Shown: positions 38,463 through 39,670 of the stretch, piece after piece
Layout: each line of letters begins with the position of its first letter
How positions within the stretch are numbered: the first letter of the stretch is position 1
UHGV virus genome: UHGV-0120812
Source of the DNA: a virus
Length of the DNA stretch: 39,670 bases
Direction: 5' to 3' (one strand)
The notes under the pieces: model-generated
Seen by the model: the letters and a program-made list of their open reading frames with translations, nothing else
Database searches by the model: none
Told to the model about the DNA's origin: nothing
Made by a program: the position numbers and the translations under genes

Positions 38463-39620
38463 TTACTCCACCTTTTCATCAATCCAGTCAGCCCACCACT
38501 GCATCATTTCTCTGCGCTTATCGAGATACTGAGCATGGTTGTAAATTCCGCGCACAGATCCGCCGTTGGCATGTGCCAGTTGCACTTCAATAGCATCAGC
38601 GGGCCATTCGTGCTCGTTCATAATCGTGCTGAATTCATGCCTGAATCCGTGACCGCTTTCCAGACCCTCATAGCCTATTTGTTTGATCACAAGCAATACC
38701 GCGTTCTCGCAGATTGGCTTCTTCTTATCGTTGCGCCCGGCAAAAACAAACTCTGATACTGGTTTGGTGATGGAGCTTAGCGTAGTGAGAAGTTCAATAA
38801 CCTGGTCCGACATCGGAACCACATGAATCTTGCGTCCCTTCATCACATTGGCGTCGATGGTGATAATCCCGTTTTCAAAATCGACGTTCTTCCATAGCAT
38901 GGAACGAAGCTCTTTTGTTCTGAGGGCTGTGTAGCGTAAAACTTTGGTCGCAATGAGCGATACGATACTTCCTGAAAATGTTGCCAGTGCTTTGTTGAAT
39001 GCCGGGATCTGGTCTGCTGGAAGAAACGGGAAGTTCTTCTTGCGGTATCCCTTCATGGCGTCAGCAAGGTCAGGTGCCGGGTTGTATTTAGCCCTTCCGG
39101 TGACAATAGCGTAACGGAAAACTTCGCCGCATCTTCTGCGGGCTTTGTTGGCTCGCTCCATTGCACCGCGATCTTCAAACCTGCGGATTACTTCCAGCAG
39201 TTGCATCGGCTCAATATCCTGAATCTCAAGACCGCCGATGATGGGTAAAATGTCGTCATCAAACATTTTGGCAAGTTCAGTCGCATACCCTACTGACCAT
39301 ACTTGCTTCTTGTGCTCGTACCATTCTTTGTAAATCGCACTAAAGGAATTGTTGTTAGACGAAGCCTTTTTCGCCTTTACCGGATCGATGCCAACCGAGA
39401 TGTCTTTCCTCGCAGTCCATGCCTTATCCCTTGCCTCCTGCAAAGTCATTAGCGGATATTTTCCTACGGTCAGGACTTTCTCCTTACCGTCAATCTTGTA
39501 GCGAAGCTGCCATACCTTTTTCCCTGATACAGGGACATAAAGGTACAGGCCATTACCATCGAGTAGGCGGTATGGTTTTTCTTTCGGCTTAGCTGCTTCA
39601 ATCTGCTTAACGGTGAGCAT
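38463..39620 (-). CDS. intS: Tyrosine integrase, P4 family (N-terminal arm-binding domain)
   Basis: About 385 aa from MLTVKQIEAAKPKEKPYRLLDGNGLYLYV...; C-terminal HGFRHEF and VQLAHANGGSVRGIYNH catalytic motifs; resembles KplE1 IntS as recalled. ORF-track GTG at 39656 is an alternative start. Confidence 0.9.
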   Translation of the reverse strand: MLTVKQIEAAKPKEKPYRLLDGNGLYLYVPVSGKKVWQLRYKIDGKEKVLTVGKYPLMTLQEARDKAWTARKDISVGIDPVKAKKASSNNNSFSAIYKEWYEHKKQVWSVGYATELAKMFDDDILPIIGGLEIQDIEPMQLLEVIRRFEDRGAMERANKARRRCGEVFRYAIVTGRAKYNPAPDLADAMKGYRKKNFPFLPADQIPAFNKALATFSGSIVSLIATKVLRYTALRTKELRSMLWKNVDFENGIITIDANVMKGRKIHVVPMSDQVIELLTTLSSITKPVSEFVFAGRNDKKKPICENAVLLVIKQIGYEGLESGHGFRHEFSTIMNEHEWPADAIEVQLAHANGGSVRGIYNHAQYLDKRREMMQWWADWIDEKVE

Positions 39621-39665
39621 GGGTAAAAATCCGGTGGGTAAAATTATTTTATCCACTTTTTACCC
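39621..39665. promoter_or_regulatory. Clustered GGGTAAAA/TTTTACCC motifs upstream of int (candidate Int/RDF binding sites of the att region)
   Basis: GGGTAAAAA at 39621..39629, GGGTAAAA at 39636..39643, inverted TTTTTACCC at 39657..39665; TTTTACCC recurs at 36..43 and 48..55. Confidence 0.5.
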
Positions 39666-39670
39666 GTCAT

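Overview
The window reads as a complete or near-complete mosaic lambdoid temperate phage (prophage) of an E. coli-type host. All calls come from reading the sequence and the six-frame track against remembered protein families; no database search was run. Layout: AlpA/TorI-type excisionase at the left end and a P4-family tyrosine integrase at the right end, both on the minus strand, with TTTTACCC/GGGTAAAA motifs clustered across the window junction. Between them: a leftward early operon (N, cIII-like, RecT, small accessory ORFs); a lambda-type immunity region (nutL, oL/pL, cI, oR, cro, nutR, cII); P22-type replication genes (O-like initiator with internal iteron-like repeats, DnaB-type helicase); a lambda-type nin region and Q; pR'/6S/tR'; the lambda S-R-Rz/Rz1 lysis cassette; P22-type terminase, portal, scaffold, coat, gp4/gp10/gp26/gp14 and ejection proteins gp7/gp20/gp16; an immI remnant (mnt and its operator, no arc/ant); and a tailspike with a P22-type head-binding domain and a divergent AT-rich receptor-binding domain. 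The strongest candidate for an undescribed system is at 8453..9470: the slot where lambda carries rexA-rexB, directly downstream of cI, instead holds a Clp-fold serine-peptidase-like gene whose 3' end overlaps a second, helical-looking reading frame. Other accessory candidates are a lipoprotein/HExxH/small-ORF trio between gp16 and mnt, an AT-rich block between N and cIII, and a small membrane protein between tailspike and integrase. No CRISPR array, rRNA or complete tRNA gene was seen.
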